A stretch of 64,000 nucleotides of DNA. Origin: Trichosphaerium sp. ATCC 40318 (lineage: Eukaryota; Protista; Tubulinea). Of this stretch, positions 34,835-48,233 are shown in pieces; position 1 is the stretch's first letter, and each line of letters opens with the position of its first letter. The notes below the pieces were generated by a model. The model ran no database searches and was not told the origin of the DNA. It saw only the letters and a list, made by a program, of their open reading frames with translations. Location: the NCBI GenBank assembly GCA_038496445.1, contig JALMLS010000596.1, forward strand, positions 1 through 64,000. Direction: 5' to 3'. The position numbers were made by a program, and so were the translations under genes.

Positions 34835-37800
34835 ATGGCTTCACATGCCTCTGGCATTATCATGTCAGCTCTTCAGGCTGGTGGAGCGTTAGCTACGCCG
34901 GTAAGTGGATTGTTCGTATTTTTGTTTTAATTGGCGCCATAGCAAGCAAGGGCACTTCAAGATGCTATAAATCGCGGTAAATACCCTAGTCAGATGGTAT
35001 GTGGACATTTTCGCCATTTCGAACTGAAAATCGCTCTAGGTAGTATCTCGTGTGGAGGAAGCGCTCAAACGTCAAACACTCGACCCGTTGCTGTTTTTCG
35101 GGACGCTCGATGAGAAAATGAAACCTCATCGCCCTTATCAGTACAAAGCGTACCTTGTTCTCGTAGACAACGCACTGTCAACTATATACTGCAACAGCAA
35201 GTCCACAGGTACGCTTCACAAAGCTAGATAAAAACGACTTTCTTTAAAATCGAGATGACAAAGTATCTCTCTTCACTGTGGTAAACGCGCGAAAAGTTCT
35301 TGAGAAATCAGTGGCAGATCCTTTTCAGAAAATAAAGGAGAAAAACAAATCCGAAAATTCGAATTTTATTTTTACAGACTTCTGAAAGAAAAATCATGAA
35401 TATGATTATTAACGGGTTTCTATTAGATACTGGCAGTTTTCATCATATGCACAAGAGTGTTGGGGATGTATTGACTGTTGTTGTGGGTGCTTTATTTGAT
35501 GGTGTTGATTATGGTATTAAAAAAATCAAACGCCCTGATAAGTACGTATGAAAATTTATTTATGATTTTTTTCTCTTTTGGTTTTGCGAATTCATAACTA
35601 CGCTTGTATGACGCTTGTGTACTTGATATTTTCTGATTGTATGAGTATAAAATCATGCTTATAGATTTATAGAGAAACCAGTATAGCCGAGCGAGCTATG
35701 ATACAACAAAACGTTGCTACGAGTTCAGACTTGATTTTCAAAATTTTGACAGATGTCAAAAGTATGGCTTTTCTGTCCGTAGAAAAAATCAATAAGCCAC
35801 GTGCGTACTACGTTCAATATTGAATAAATAACACGTTTCTTTTTTGGAAATATTTTTTACAACCTTATTTATCACGTGGGAGAGTAAGCAGTGGATGTTT
35901 AACTGTTTTTTTAGGTCCATGGCAATCGATAAGGAAACGGTGGACTGATACGTGTATATTCGCTGCACTACAGTTTCCAAAGCCGCAGGCTGCCAAGTTA
36001 ATACAGGATCCTACTATGGCGTTTCGAATATTTGATGACCCTACAAAAATGCCCATGATTGTACGTTATTACTTTGTTACTTTGTGGAACTTTACTAAAC
36101 TTCTATTTTTGCTAGCTTGACCATAATAAGTATGGTTATAACTACTTTAATTTTGAATTTAAGAAAGTAGAAGGAGAACTTCCAGCTCTTGCATTATCAT
36201 TACTTGTACAATCAGAGGTAAGTCAACAAAAAAAAAAAACCGGTGGATTAAAAAAAAATTCTTTAATTCTTAATTTCGTGGTAGATTAATGGCAAGAGGA
36301 TTCTTCTTGAAGATGAATCTATTGAGAAGTATTGTAACTATTTTCTTGTTAGACGTTTCAGGGAAGCAAAGCTTATGTACTACGACTTATGGACAGCTGC
36401 TCTTGGGTTGATGCATCATAAGCTGACCCCAAGTGGTTTGGTTAAAGCAAAAACATTTCTTTTGCGTAGGGTACGTTGTTACCTGAAAATGAGGCCGAGG
36501 ACTCTTAGTTATTATGCCATTAGCCGGTAGACTCGACTAAGTTTCTTTTTCTTAGGTTCCACAAATTATTAAGAAAATTGAACAGTTGAGACAAGCTGAC
36601 CCTACGGTTCCTAAAAGTTTCTTACTCAGTATCTTTTATTTGGCTGAAAGAAGTAAAGTTTACACTATTTCTGATTTCAGAACAGGAAGGTACGTAGTCG
36701 GGCCACTACACGTGTCGTCTGTCTGACGTATGCAATTTCGTCGTATCTAAGTTTTTTGTATTCTTTAGGTCCAAGAATTATTTGGTTGATATTTTGAAAT
36801 CATTGGTTGCTGTTGGCATGTTTGAGTCCCAATTTTCAGAGATTCACAAAGATTGTCATGCTTTTTCGGAAGCGTGGCATCAAGTTACTTTGGAGACAAA
36901 TACAAGCGCTGGTAGCTTTGAAGCCATTATACAAAACAAAGCTGTAAAATCTATGGAGGTAAACATTTTGTTCTATTTTTCCCTTTTTTTTTATTTTCTT
37001 GGTTCATCCTTATTTCTTGTTATAGGACTGTACTATACTGTTAAAAATGTTTGATAGAGATGGTGTTGCACCAAATAACCTCCGCGATGCTGTATCTGCT
37101 CTTGTAGAATCTCTGAAATCATGGGAAGTTCAACATCAAGTTATGGATACAATACTTAGGGTACTTTTTTCTTTCGTTGATTCAACATACCAAGGTCACT
37201 TATTTTGGTGTAGATTCTTTCTCCTGAAAGTAATGTATCTGCAGACGTTCTTCAGTTTCTTCTTGAAGAACTCTGTAATGATTCTGTTCTTGGTGTTTTT
37301 AACTTGAATGAAACACTTCCTGATCTTATTGGAATACTTACACAAATATGCGATACTTACGGGAACCAAAAGACTTACAGTACGTTCTATTTCGTCCTAT
37401 TTAAAATAAATATTTCGGTATCTACTAGGACTTCTCATAAACACGTGCTTTTTTTGTGTTGTCTATGTAGTGTTAACTCTTTTACTTTGCAGATGGTCAT
37501 TTAATGTTTGGTAAAGCCTTCATTTTACTAAAACATGTATTACATTACACTGATGTATTACGTGATGGCATAAACCATTCTATAGTATTTGAGACTATTA
37601 AACAGACGCCTGTTCTATCTAATGACTTTGGTAACCCATACGATGAAGTAGTATATTACACAACATTAGATTGGTACTTTATTTTAACTAGAACAAGACG
37701 AACTAGAGAAAACATTTTAATTATTCAATTTTAGGTTTTCTTCGTATGGTATACATACCACACGTGATAATCAATCAGCTATTACACCAGGAGGATACGT

Positions 37801-40510
37801 ATTATCGTATATTCTTAACCATGGAAACCATGACTTTGTGTACGTTAACTTGTTTGGAGATTTTTATCTCAAATTTTTTATTTCTTGTACCACGCACTAA
37901 AGTATACTTTTTTTGGTCTTCTGCTTATTAGTAACGTATATTCTAGAAATGTAGTGAAACCATGGGCAATGATAACATGTATTCCTTATATACTAACACA
38001 ATTATATACTGGTGCGTTTTAATACCTAACACCTAAAACATTTGTTATTATTTCCAAAAAGCTCTAAAACTAATATATTTGATAGGCTTGGATGTACAAG
38101 TTGTTACTATGGATTCAATAGTTTCAGGCCTTGTTCGACTCATAAACGAATTTCCTTATATTACGCCTGATGTTCTCCAATGGCTTCTACAAGAGCACGT
38201 GATTTACTAAAACTCCTTTTTTTTTTTTTTTTTGTTATCCTCAAAACACCTTCTAACACCCTGAGGTAGATGGCGTACAATGCCTTCCGTAACATTAGAG
38301 GATAAGCAACGTCTCCGTTCGGATTTATTACAACGATTTTGTAATTCTATTGTTACAGATGGTATTCGTCTTTCTCCTAGCATTAAAGTACGTATTAACT
38401 GTTTCAGTTCAACCCAATATTTTTCCAACCTTATTTTTATTCTTTTGTCTGCCTTGTGCCATACTATCTTTGGCAATATCAATGGTATTTGAATTTATAA
38501 ATTTCCGTGTACGCACTTTAAACTAAGGCTACACGTGTGCAGTTCAATAAGCAAGGTTTTTTTGTAACTGTTTTCTGATTTCTTTTTTTTCTTCAGGAAG
38601 TTACACAAGTTTGTAATAGACGTGCCATGTGTATGATACCCAAGAACATTAAGATTAACGATAGTTTATCTTCTGTATTACAAGGAAGGAGCCCAGAGAA
38701 TGCTACCATGGTTAAATCATTATTTTATATCAACAAAGAAAGCGCAATCACAATAGATAGATGCTTGCATTCCATATTCAAGTACATTTTTTTTCTTCTT
38801 TTTTTCCAGACAATTTTAAACAAAACAGATACCACTGGGCATCCATGTTCTCATAAGTGTATAGTAGTTTAATATTAATATCTAGAGACGCTGTAACTAT
38901 GAAATTCCCACCTTCAAGTGTTAATTTTGATGTGATATTAACCCTTGAAAATATGCAATCTGCTAAAACATATGCAACACGTGTCTTGACTGTACGTATA
39001 TTGTTTTTGTTTGATTTTTTTAAATAATAGTTCAAAACGACTTATGCGAGAGTAATAGGTACTAAGACAGTACTTGGTTAAGTCACGTGAGAGTGAAGGA
39101 TTTAGAGCGGTTATTTGGAGAACAGGTAAAAACTAACCTGAGCTTTTTTTTGTAAATTCATTTTTTTTTATGTATCACTAGATGACCCTGTACTTATTTT
39201 TTCAAAAAAACAATACTTCTCACTTTTAGCACAATATGGTATACATAATTTAAAGAGTCTTAAGGATCAATATCCGTTTAGAAAATAGTTAACAATCTCT
39301 TTTTTTTTTTCTTTTCGAATGTTTTTTCTCTCTTGTTTTGTTAATTCTTCTTTAGCTGAACTTGCTGGATATCTCCTTGGTAGAGCTGGCGACGATGTCA
39401 TTCTATGTGTTCTTGAGCATAGCATCGAAGAGATTGTCTCACAATTAACAGAGGAATTAGACGGCCGTGTGTTTGCATACGCAATTGTACATATGTTGCT
39501 GCACGCAAATGTCTTTTCCCATCTAAAGAAAAAATCAATTTTTGGTAGTACAACAAGTGAAAGACTAAAACAAGCTGTTTCTATACTATTTCTTTCTCTT
39601 GAAGAGCAACTTTGGCGTATTCTTTCAGCAAAGGATAAAACACCTACAATGTCTACATTTGCTTTGACTCTTGTTGAACAGATTTTTCTTCTACAGGTAT
39701 GTCACGTGTTTTTTTTTATATTTTTAGAATGTAATTATATTGTACTTTATCTAATTGATTGTTTTAGAATAGCAGAGAGTCTTTACCTTGTCAGAGATTT
39801 GCATCAGTTCTTTCAAGATTGGATTATGATCACTTGATTCTTCCAATGTTTGATCTTACAAATACTGATGATCAGGAAGCGTGTAAGAGATTTTTTAGTA
39901 ATATATCGGAAAAAAAGCTTGCAGTAAAGAAACCTAAACTACTAAGTCTGTAAAAACGATGATAGAATGCGGATGCGAAGCCCAAAAAAAAAAAAAAAGC
40001 TGTTGGATTTTTTTACGTTTTCAGGGGTACCCAGTACTACTACACTCTTGTTTTTTTGTAAATAAACTCGTAAATAATTCAACAAAGATAACTGATTTGG
40101 TTGTGGTTGCTTTTTGTTTATATAATATGATAAACGCTAGGAATAGCATACCAAAAAAAACGGAAATGAAACTGATGTCGTCCAATTTTACGATTTGCTT
40201 AACCATTCAGGTATGTCCTCAATTCCACAATATACATTTGTTTTGTGGATGACTTATTATTCAACACTATCCAGTCAATTAAGACTAGTTGTAGATTCGT
40301 ATACACTAACCTTCCACGCATACAAATGCCACAGAGCGGATAGCTGGTTTCTTTGCCTCCTAAGTCAATTTTTTGACTACTGTTTAGGATGAACCTTGTT
40401 TGGCCGGTAAGCCTAGAAAGCAAACTACCAGAAATGGTAGTTTTTGGTTTTTTTATTGGTAGTTCGTAGTTTTCTTCCGTTTTTGCTCATTTTCTATTTT
40501 GACAGTATAA
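34835..40510 (+). CDS. large multi-exon alpha-helical protein of unknown function
   Basis: Continuous series of short Leu-rich exons with GT-AG introns from ATG 34835; no motif recognised; 3' end approximate. Confidence 0.55.
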
Positions 40511-40825
40511 ATAAGTATTTTACTGGCGTTTGATAAGTGAGAGGTAGTTGTTTAAGTACGGTAGTATCGTAAAACAACATCAGCAAGTAGCAGTTCTATA
40601 CAATGGCAGATTACGATTCAAAAAGTTTTTGTGTTGATTGATTGAATGTTTCAATTGATTTATGTAATTTGTTGTATATGTACAAGAGATAACTCCAATT
40701 TAATAAATGGGAAGGGTCTCTGGCTACGTGATCCAGGGGATCGAAGCTGAGTGAGACGTATTCTCTCCTCCAATCTGGTATTGTAGATCAACAAGAACGC
40801 GTGAATCTAACCATAAAGAAACACC

Positions 40826-41510
40826 ATGAAAGCAATTTTTTTTGTCTTTATTCTCTTCACCGTAGTGCTGTCAATACGTACGATCCCTGTTTACTAATAC
40901 TGATGAAGTTTTAAGCTTGTTAAGCATAAACACACCAGAAACTAAAGAATGTGTAGGTGTGGGCGACAGAGGTTCTTGTCAGCTTGTTTTACCTGATGGT
41001 AGCTTTGATGAGTTTTCCGCTTCATCACTACCAAATAACCCCGAATTTGTTGTGAACGATACAGCTATAGAGTATAGTGTTAGCAATTTTGGGCGCTGAT
41101 GTTTCACAAACACAATTTTGTTTGTTATGCCGTTTAGTTCTTTTTCTCACTTGTTTTTATCTAGGGTTTGTTCTCGATTCATCCACTTTACCTAACTCAC
41201 AAAGAGATATTAGCTACACCAATACATCTTTCACGTGCGTAAATATCTCGTGGTGTAAAGGTTGTAAATGTTTAAACTTATTGTTGTTTAGGTTTACTAT
41301 GACAGGAGGAAGGTTTGATCCTGGTGACTACAAGGTAGTTTTTCTTTTCCGACAACACCAACAACCCAAGCGCCAACAACAGAAGCACCGACAAGAGCAC
41401 CAACAACTCAAGCACCAACAACAGCCGCACCTCCAACATCAGGATCAGTATCGAACAAGTTCTGTCTTTTGACAATTTTATCTGTTTTGGCATTATGTCA
41501 TCTCTTGTAG
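40826..41510 (+). CDS. small secreted/GPI-like surface protein with APTT repeats
   Basis: MKAIFFVFILFTVVLS signal; PTTPTTQAPTTEAPTRAPTTQAPTT stalk; hydrophobic tail; one frameshift ~41345. Confidence 0.65.
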
Positions 41511-42468
41511 AAAGAACTACAACACTTAATAATACATATATAAGCCTGGAAGCACCGCCAAATGACTTCCTAGAAGCTGTATTGTTAAATAAAACGTTTA
41601 ACTACAAGCTAGAGATGGTTTCAGAGCTGCACCAACGTTGTATATACCTACCACATTGTAGGTGCCACCTCCAAAGTGCTAGTACTTTTTATTTCTTTCT
41701 GTATAAAGTGTATGTTGTAATCCAAAGTATTTCAACTAGCCTTGTGTTTAGGAAAGCATGTCCTAGCGCTAAGTGTAGGGTTTTATGGTGTTCCAATACT
41801 CGCGATTGTATCCTCTCATCGATACCGTGAATAATGTTGTACCTTAATAAACGATTACGTACATACTATTTTCGCACTCCACTTGTCGTAAGTAAACTTT
41901 ATTTGCAGGTAATCTTGTGTGAACTTTTTTGTGAAATAACATTTCGTTTTATTTTAATATTCGTTAAGAAGGTACATTGAGAGTAGCTTGAGCCAAAACC
42001 CCCCAAAAATCGCAGGTTTTAGATAAACTTCAAACGGGTAAGAGGTACCTGGCTTTTTAGACAACAATATTTATTGGTTTTTTTTGTGGAGCAATTGTTC
42101 GTGCCTTACTTCTTGATTGATTTAATTTTTGCTTATTATCCTTTGGTTTAGTCAGGCGGAACACAAGGTCCCTTGAGCACCTGAGAATTGATGGGAAGTC
42201 AGCTAGAAACCCTGCTGTTTAGTGTTACTAATTCCATTTCATTTTTTCTTGAAATCATAGCATCACTAACTGAAAAGGTCTACAATGAGGAATTTCGACC
42301 TTAAAACTAAGTCCATTCTTTGAAACCAGAAATTTTTACGAGTCGAAATTCCTTAATAAAAAAAGAAAATGCCAACAAACAATCAATTTATTATAGTTTG
42401 CTTAACACTAGCACTGAGATACCAAGTCACATACAACATGGATGTGGTTACTATGTAGATACACTCGC

Positions 42469-42868
42469 TTAATTACATTTATATCGGGTTACATCCACAG
42501 TCATACCAGTTATCATGGTACCATCGTGGTTATTACATCTTCCAGCGCTTGGTGTTCTCTGATTGCATCGTTTACCACAGGTTTTCTTGCCTGATATGTT
42601 GTCATACTATACTTTAAAGTGAGCCGAAAGTGAACAGCATAGACAATGGAGAAGTGCGTGCGTAATTATAACTCTTTGCAGGGCAAGATCCCCAACGGTC
42701 GGCGCAATAAGTTCCCGAACCTCCGTTACTTTTTTCATACAGCCTTGAGCACCATTTGCCTATGCACGCTTCTACCTCTTCGTCGTTTCCTGATACTGGA
42801 CATGCGAACATAAAGACTACAAAAACAATAGCCAAGGATAGTGTCGGTATTAAAGAAAAGTTGCTCAT
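42469..42868 (-). CDS. small secreted Cys-rich protein
   Basis: Signal peptide, then CIGKWCSR..YCADRWGSCP and second exon TCGKRCNQR..GRCNNH. Confidence 0.6.
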
Positions 42869-44335
42869 TGTAAAGTGATAATAATTTTTTGAGTGAAAAG
42901 GTGTAGTGAGTTTTTCAAGAGTTTGTCCGACGTAATCCCGATTTCACATAACCACAAAACACGAAACTACACTACCCTACACGACACGATGTTTCACTAT
43001 TATAATTATCCTTGTTGCCTCAACGATTACTTGAAATAAGCCGAACGAGCTACAGCGAACAACTTCAGCTGCATGTTGTAGTAAGGAATGTAACAAAAAA
43101 AGGTTGTTGTGTTTTTGTAGCACGTGGAGTATGTAGTAATTTGGATACAAAAGAGACCAACGCCTATTTGAGCGCTATAACCCAATCTATTGTCAACTTA
43201 CAATGGCATTGCTATTGTTTATTTAAAAACCTGCAGATATTATACACCAAAATGTATAATTAGATAATCAAGCAAAATAAGGTGAATGGAACAACAGGTG
43301 AGCAAAGACCAAAAACAGTGGGCCATAATTAGTGGTCTATTACTGTTCAAGCGACAGAAGATAATTTGGATGATCTCAAAAAGTAGTGAAGTTCTGTTTA
43401 TGGTGCTTTCTCAAAAAATTATTGTTGACAAGAAAGTAGAAAACGATAGTATGAACTTGTGAAATGACTGTTTTTTTCCTATTTTTTGGTGTCACGAAGG
43501 TTGCAAATTCTGTTTGTGGCGGATACTGAAGTATCACGGTTAAATTATCAACTCTAATACTTTTGAATTGTATCTCACTGACAACTAATAAAGACAAATA
43601 AACAACCTGATAAAACAACCCTTTTAAAAACTACATTTGTAGTAAGATGGTGACTGACCTAACATAACAAATCCTTCACAATATTCCAATTTGGGCTGTT
43701 TGGTTCTAATTCGGAAAGTTCCTGCTTCTGTACAAAACCCAAACCATCTAACATAGCACACACCGTCACTGCATAATGAAGACTATTACTTTGCTGCTAG
43801 TTTGCCTTATAATCCTTTCGCTATTTGTACAAGATACCGAAGCTAGACGCTTTCAACCTCATCACAACCAGTGTGCTTGCAACCGATGAGCAAGATGGGT
43901 ACAAGGTTGCTTTCGATATGGGTATGTTGGGATATGGAGGGTTTGCTTAGAAAAAGTGGTAGTGTACCAAATGATTGCTGTTAAAGTTTATGTAAATAAT
44001 AAGTACAATCAAATAAATAACCATTACTGTTATAAAAGGTATTGCTTCCACAAGAATCATTAGAAATGGTTGCTGTAAAAACAGCGAAGCAAATTGCCTT
44101 AGTTGCCAAAATTTGCATAGTTAGGCATTGCTTTTGGACAGTTTCAACATATTTCCATTAAAATACACGAAGCTCGTTGCACGTGGCTAAATAGAATAAG
44201 CGCCATTCTAATGGAAATAAAAAATGTAAAAAAAATTTGTTTGGATCTGTCTGCGTTTCAAGATTAACACATATTTATTGTTCTTTTTTATTTGTTAGGA
44301 TACAAGTACTATTGTACAACACAGTGAATTAAGTA

Positions 44336-47300
44336 TCAGACTTTGGTTCTCTTGTCCTTTTTTAGTTTTTCAATCTCTTCTTTAAGCAATCTTATTTCTT
44401 CTTTCATTTCATGTGTACTCTTTTCTTGATCAAAGTATTCCAATGTACTACCAGGAATAGATTTATTATTGGTTCTAGAAAGAGCGCTTCTAACATTTTC
44501 TTCACCCTTGAGAGACGCTCTACGAGACAAAAAGAACATAATTAACATGCTCAATCCTACTAGAGTATTAGTACTTGTAACAAAAATCATTTTGGTTCAA
44601 ATGGTGTCATACCTGCACTTAATATGACACATATGGAGTGTAGTAGATACTTCTGTTCTCTAGTATTGTTTTTTGTGATTGTAAATCGTACAAGTGTTGC
44701 AGTGACAATGAATAAAGTTGTGTTGTAGATTGAGAATACAATAACCTTAAGTAGTGTTACTTAGATTCAAGTGCTGAGGTTCATGTACCTTTCTTTCTAT
44801 AAACACCTCAGTTGGTACCTTACGTATCAAAAAAGCTGTGATAGAACCAACAACCATGATGATAAGCTGTGCAAGAAGATATGAGTTACTTGAATCAAAC
44901 ATGGAAATTAATGTTAGCTACTTACAAGAATTCCATATTGCAAACCAAGAATGACTGTAGAGGCGGTCGACATTGTACATTTAAAAAAGTTCTTTGAAAT
45001 CCTGTAGTCATCAACAATGATCACTTGAGATGGTTCCATGACGCTACTAAAAGCAACACACAATATCTTTTTTGAGTTAATGTCAAACCAAAAAAGCACG
45101 AAGCTAGCAACAATTTGAAAAAGAGGATACAGTACAAAGTGCACAAAACGCTCCAACATAGCTCAACACTTCAAGATCTGATATCTTTATAGGCTCCAAT
45201 GTTTTAGCCTTTGCGAATATTATATATACACGCCATGACTTGGCAAACAAGCATCTATATACAATGTGTGAGCAGCTTGCTAAATAAGAGAGCAAAAGTT
45301 TCTTACCCAAACAAAATGTTAATGCCCAAGAAGAAAAACCAGTTGTTCAAGTGACATGCGTATGTTGTCGCATTATTAGGTGTATCAAATAAAGTACTGA
45401 TAAATATCATCATTGCTCCGCCTAATATACCAACAACAAAGACAGGGGAGTCAACTATAAAACGTGTTAAAACACCATCATACATACAGAAATACTTACA
45501 TCTAAACTCTTTTCTGTTTATCACAATGTACACAGCAAATGATAATGTCAATAATAAAGCCAATGTCACAAGCGCAACAACCACCCATTCATAAATACTG
45601 TCACCTAACAATCACTATTAGAAGTTCAAACGTCAAAAAAAAGACAACTTACCAAATGTATTCTTAAAAACTCTTTCGCTCCATTTTGGCATTGGTACTA
45701 TGAGATCAGCAGAGGCACTTAATAGAGGCCCAACAACATCGTCAAATTCTTTGTCAATATACTGAGTCATAACACCTTCATTGAGTTGACCATTATTTAC
45801 TGAAAACCGAATCTAAACAAGAAAACTGTGAGTCATTGTAAGCGTTGTATTTGAATAGCTCTCACCCGTCCATAAAAAGTTTCTATGTCAAGTTTTCTCA
45901 TAGAGTCAATCACATCATCATTGCTGATACTTTCTGAAGCCTGTATACGTTTTGATTAGCAAACAACTATCTTATACAATACGTACTTTGATTGCTTCAC
46001 CAAGCATTAAAGCAGCAGCTGCACTCGTAGGAGAGTACGTTCTCATTTCTGCAGTTAAGTTTCCTACTTTCAATTCAAGCAAATCTAAAAAGTCCTGTGC
46101 ACTTCCAAAAAAGGCACCCACTCTTCTAGCTTTTGGATGTGCCGGAGCTACTGTGCAAAAATATTGTCGAAGTGTTGCGTTTTGATTTGCCCATCGTTCA
46201 GCGGGAAGTACAAGAATCAACTTAGGTGTCCAATTAATGGCTCTCATTTTTTGGACAATAAACGTAAAAGAGCTTGGGAAACCACATTGCATGAGTATAT
46301 CATTATTAGCTTCAACAATTTCCTAAGGTTACAGTAAGTGAAACGATGTTTGGAAAAAAATGAGAAAAAACGTGACGTTTTGTCCATTGCGTACATGAAA
46401 TGCTGCAGTCCAGTTTCCTACTTCTTCAGAGCCGCTAGTACCATTAACAAATATAGTCTTAGATGTGGATACACCATTTTCTAACATCTAAAAGGTACGT
46501 TAACTAATGCTATTTTATAGATAAACTTCCTACAACATACAGTTTTTGATATACCCAAACAAGCTGTGCTAAAACTGCTGTGTACAAGGTATGTTATTGA
46601 ATGTAAATCATGTTTTCTCATGAACGGTACAGCAACAGAAGCAGTGCTAGGTAGCGACTATTAGCATAAAAAATGCAAAAGCAACAAATGGTAACGTACT
46701 CCTCCATATCAATGTTTACTGCAAATGCATAGTCTCGTCGTTCATTTAATGTACCAGATGGAAAGTTGGGTGCAATATAAATACGTCTTGTAGCTGCTCC
46801 ATCAAGCACATTTCGAGCAATTATTTCAGCTGCTGAACTTCCTGAAGCTACCAGTAATAATGAGCGATTTATATTGAGAACTACAACTTACCAAGGAGGT
46901 AATCAACTTCAGAGTTATTGGCTAGTTCTAGGTATTTAGCTTGTGTATCTGCATTAGTGTCTTCTGTTGGTAGTGCTTCCAATTCAATCTTTAAAAAAGT
47001 TAACTTACGTGCCACGGTACACACAAACAAAGAATGGATTAAAAAAAGAGCGAGTATTTGATATAAATGATGGATAATCCACTGACCGTATAATTAACTC
47101 CGTTCACTCTGATGCCTCCCCGATCATTTGTTATATTCCTCCATAGATCTACACCCAAATATAATGCCTCTCCCAACGAATTCTAAAGGAGGAATAAACT
47201 ACAATTCGATTCATAAAAAAAACCAAAAAAGCCTTTTCAAATTTGAACCTTAAAATCTGATGTTGTATTAGAAATGTAAGAGAACCCAACTACCAGTTTA

Positions 47301-47498
47301 TTACCAGCACGGAGTGCTTGAGCATTTGTTAAAAGTGTAAAAGCTATCACTGCATCTACGATACGTTAGAAAACGCATTACATTACGGCCATTCCGCTTA
47401 CAACGTGGATAGGCATTGTTGTAAGGAACTAGGCTCAAGGTTTATATCTACGTACAAACAGCGTTTGCTAGTGCTCTATGATAATCAGTAATGCTCAT
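44336..47498 (-). CDS. class C (GABA-B/Grl-like) GPCR with periplasmic-binding-protein-like ectodomain
   Basis: NDRGGIRVNGVNY, VDYLLG, SPVF..GILGG, ACHLNNWF..LG, CLFAKSWRVYIIF, FLIRKVP..F.E...I.FSIYN; start approximate. Confidence 0.88.
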
Positions 47499-48233
47499 GG
47501 TGAGCTTTTAAACGTCAAGAGGCAACAGAAATGTTTTTAATGATTGACTTCAACAGACCGTTTTCTTTGCATTTCTTTATGTATTAATAGGTGATACACT
47601 ATATATAAAACACTGTGGGCCTATAGACGGTTCAGGCCTAATCGGGAGCCTATTTTCTGCAAATAGCTATTTGCAGCATTTTAGTTCCACGGACCCATGT
47701 AAAACACTAAAGAGTTGTGGTTTCTAACATAAACGTACTTCCATAAGAAAATTTCTAGCTACAACGCAACAAATTCACATTTTGTGCAAACAAGTTGTGT
47801 TGTCACTAAAAATAACCACAGCGAAAAATCTCTTTTTGTTTGTGGTATTGGAAACTCACTGATGTATAAATTAATATGGCACATGAAAAAAAATAGTATG
47901 TGCATGTAGTAGATTTTCAGAATACAGGGGATTTGACGTGCTATAACGTTATTTGTTTTAGCACTAAATGTAGTTTTTTCTAGCTGGTTTGTGAACATGT
48001 AGACTTTTACTTTCACGTTTCCGCTTGTGTACTGCCTTTGCGTGCGTAGGAGAGCCATGTCCGACTGTTTGGGTTTTTTTAATCACAGTGACTTTTTCGC
48101 TTGCCTCAGCAGCTCACGTTAAACGTTTAAAATGTAAAGATTTACAAGTTCTAAGATGTGTCAAATCAGTCAGATAGGAAATCCCTTTGTCTTAAAACGT
48201 GAAGGAGAAATAATTTATTGTGAAGCACCTCTT

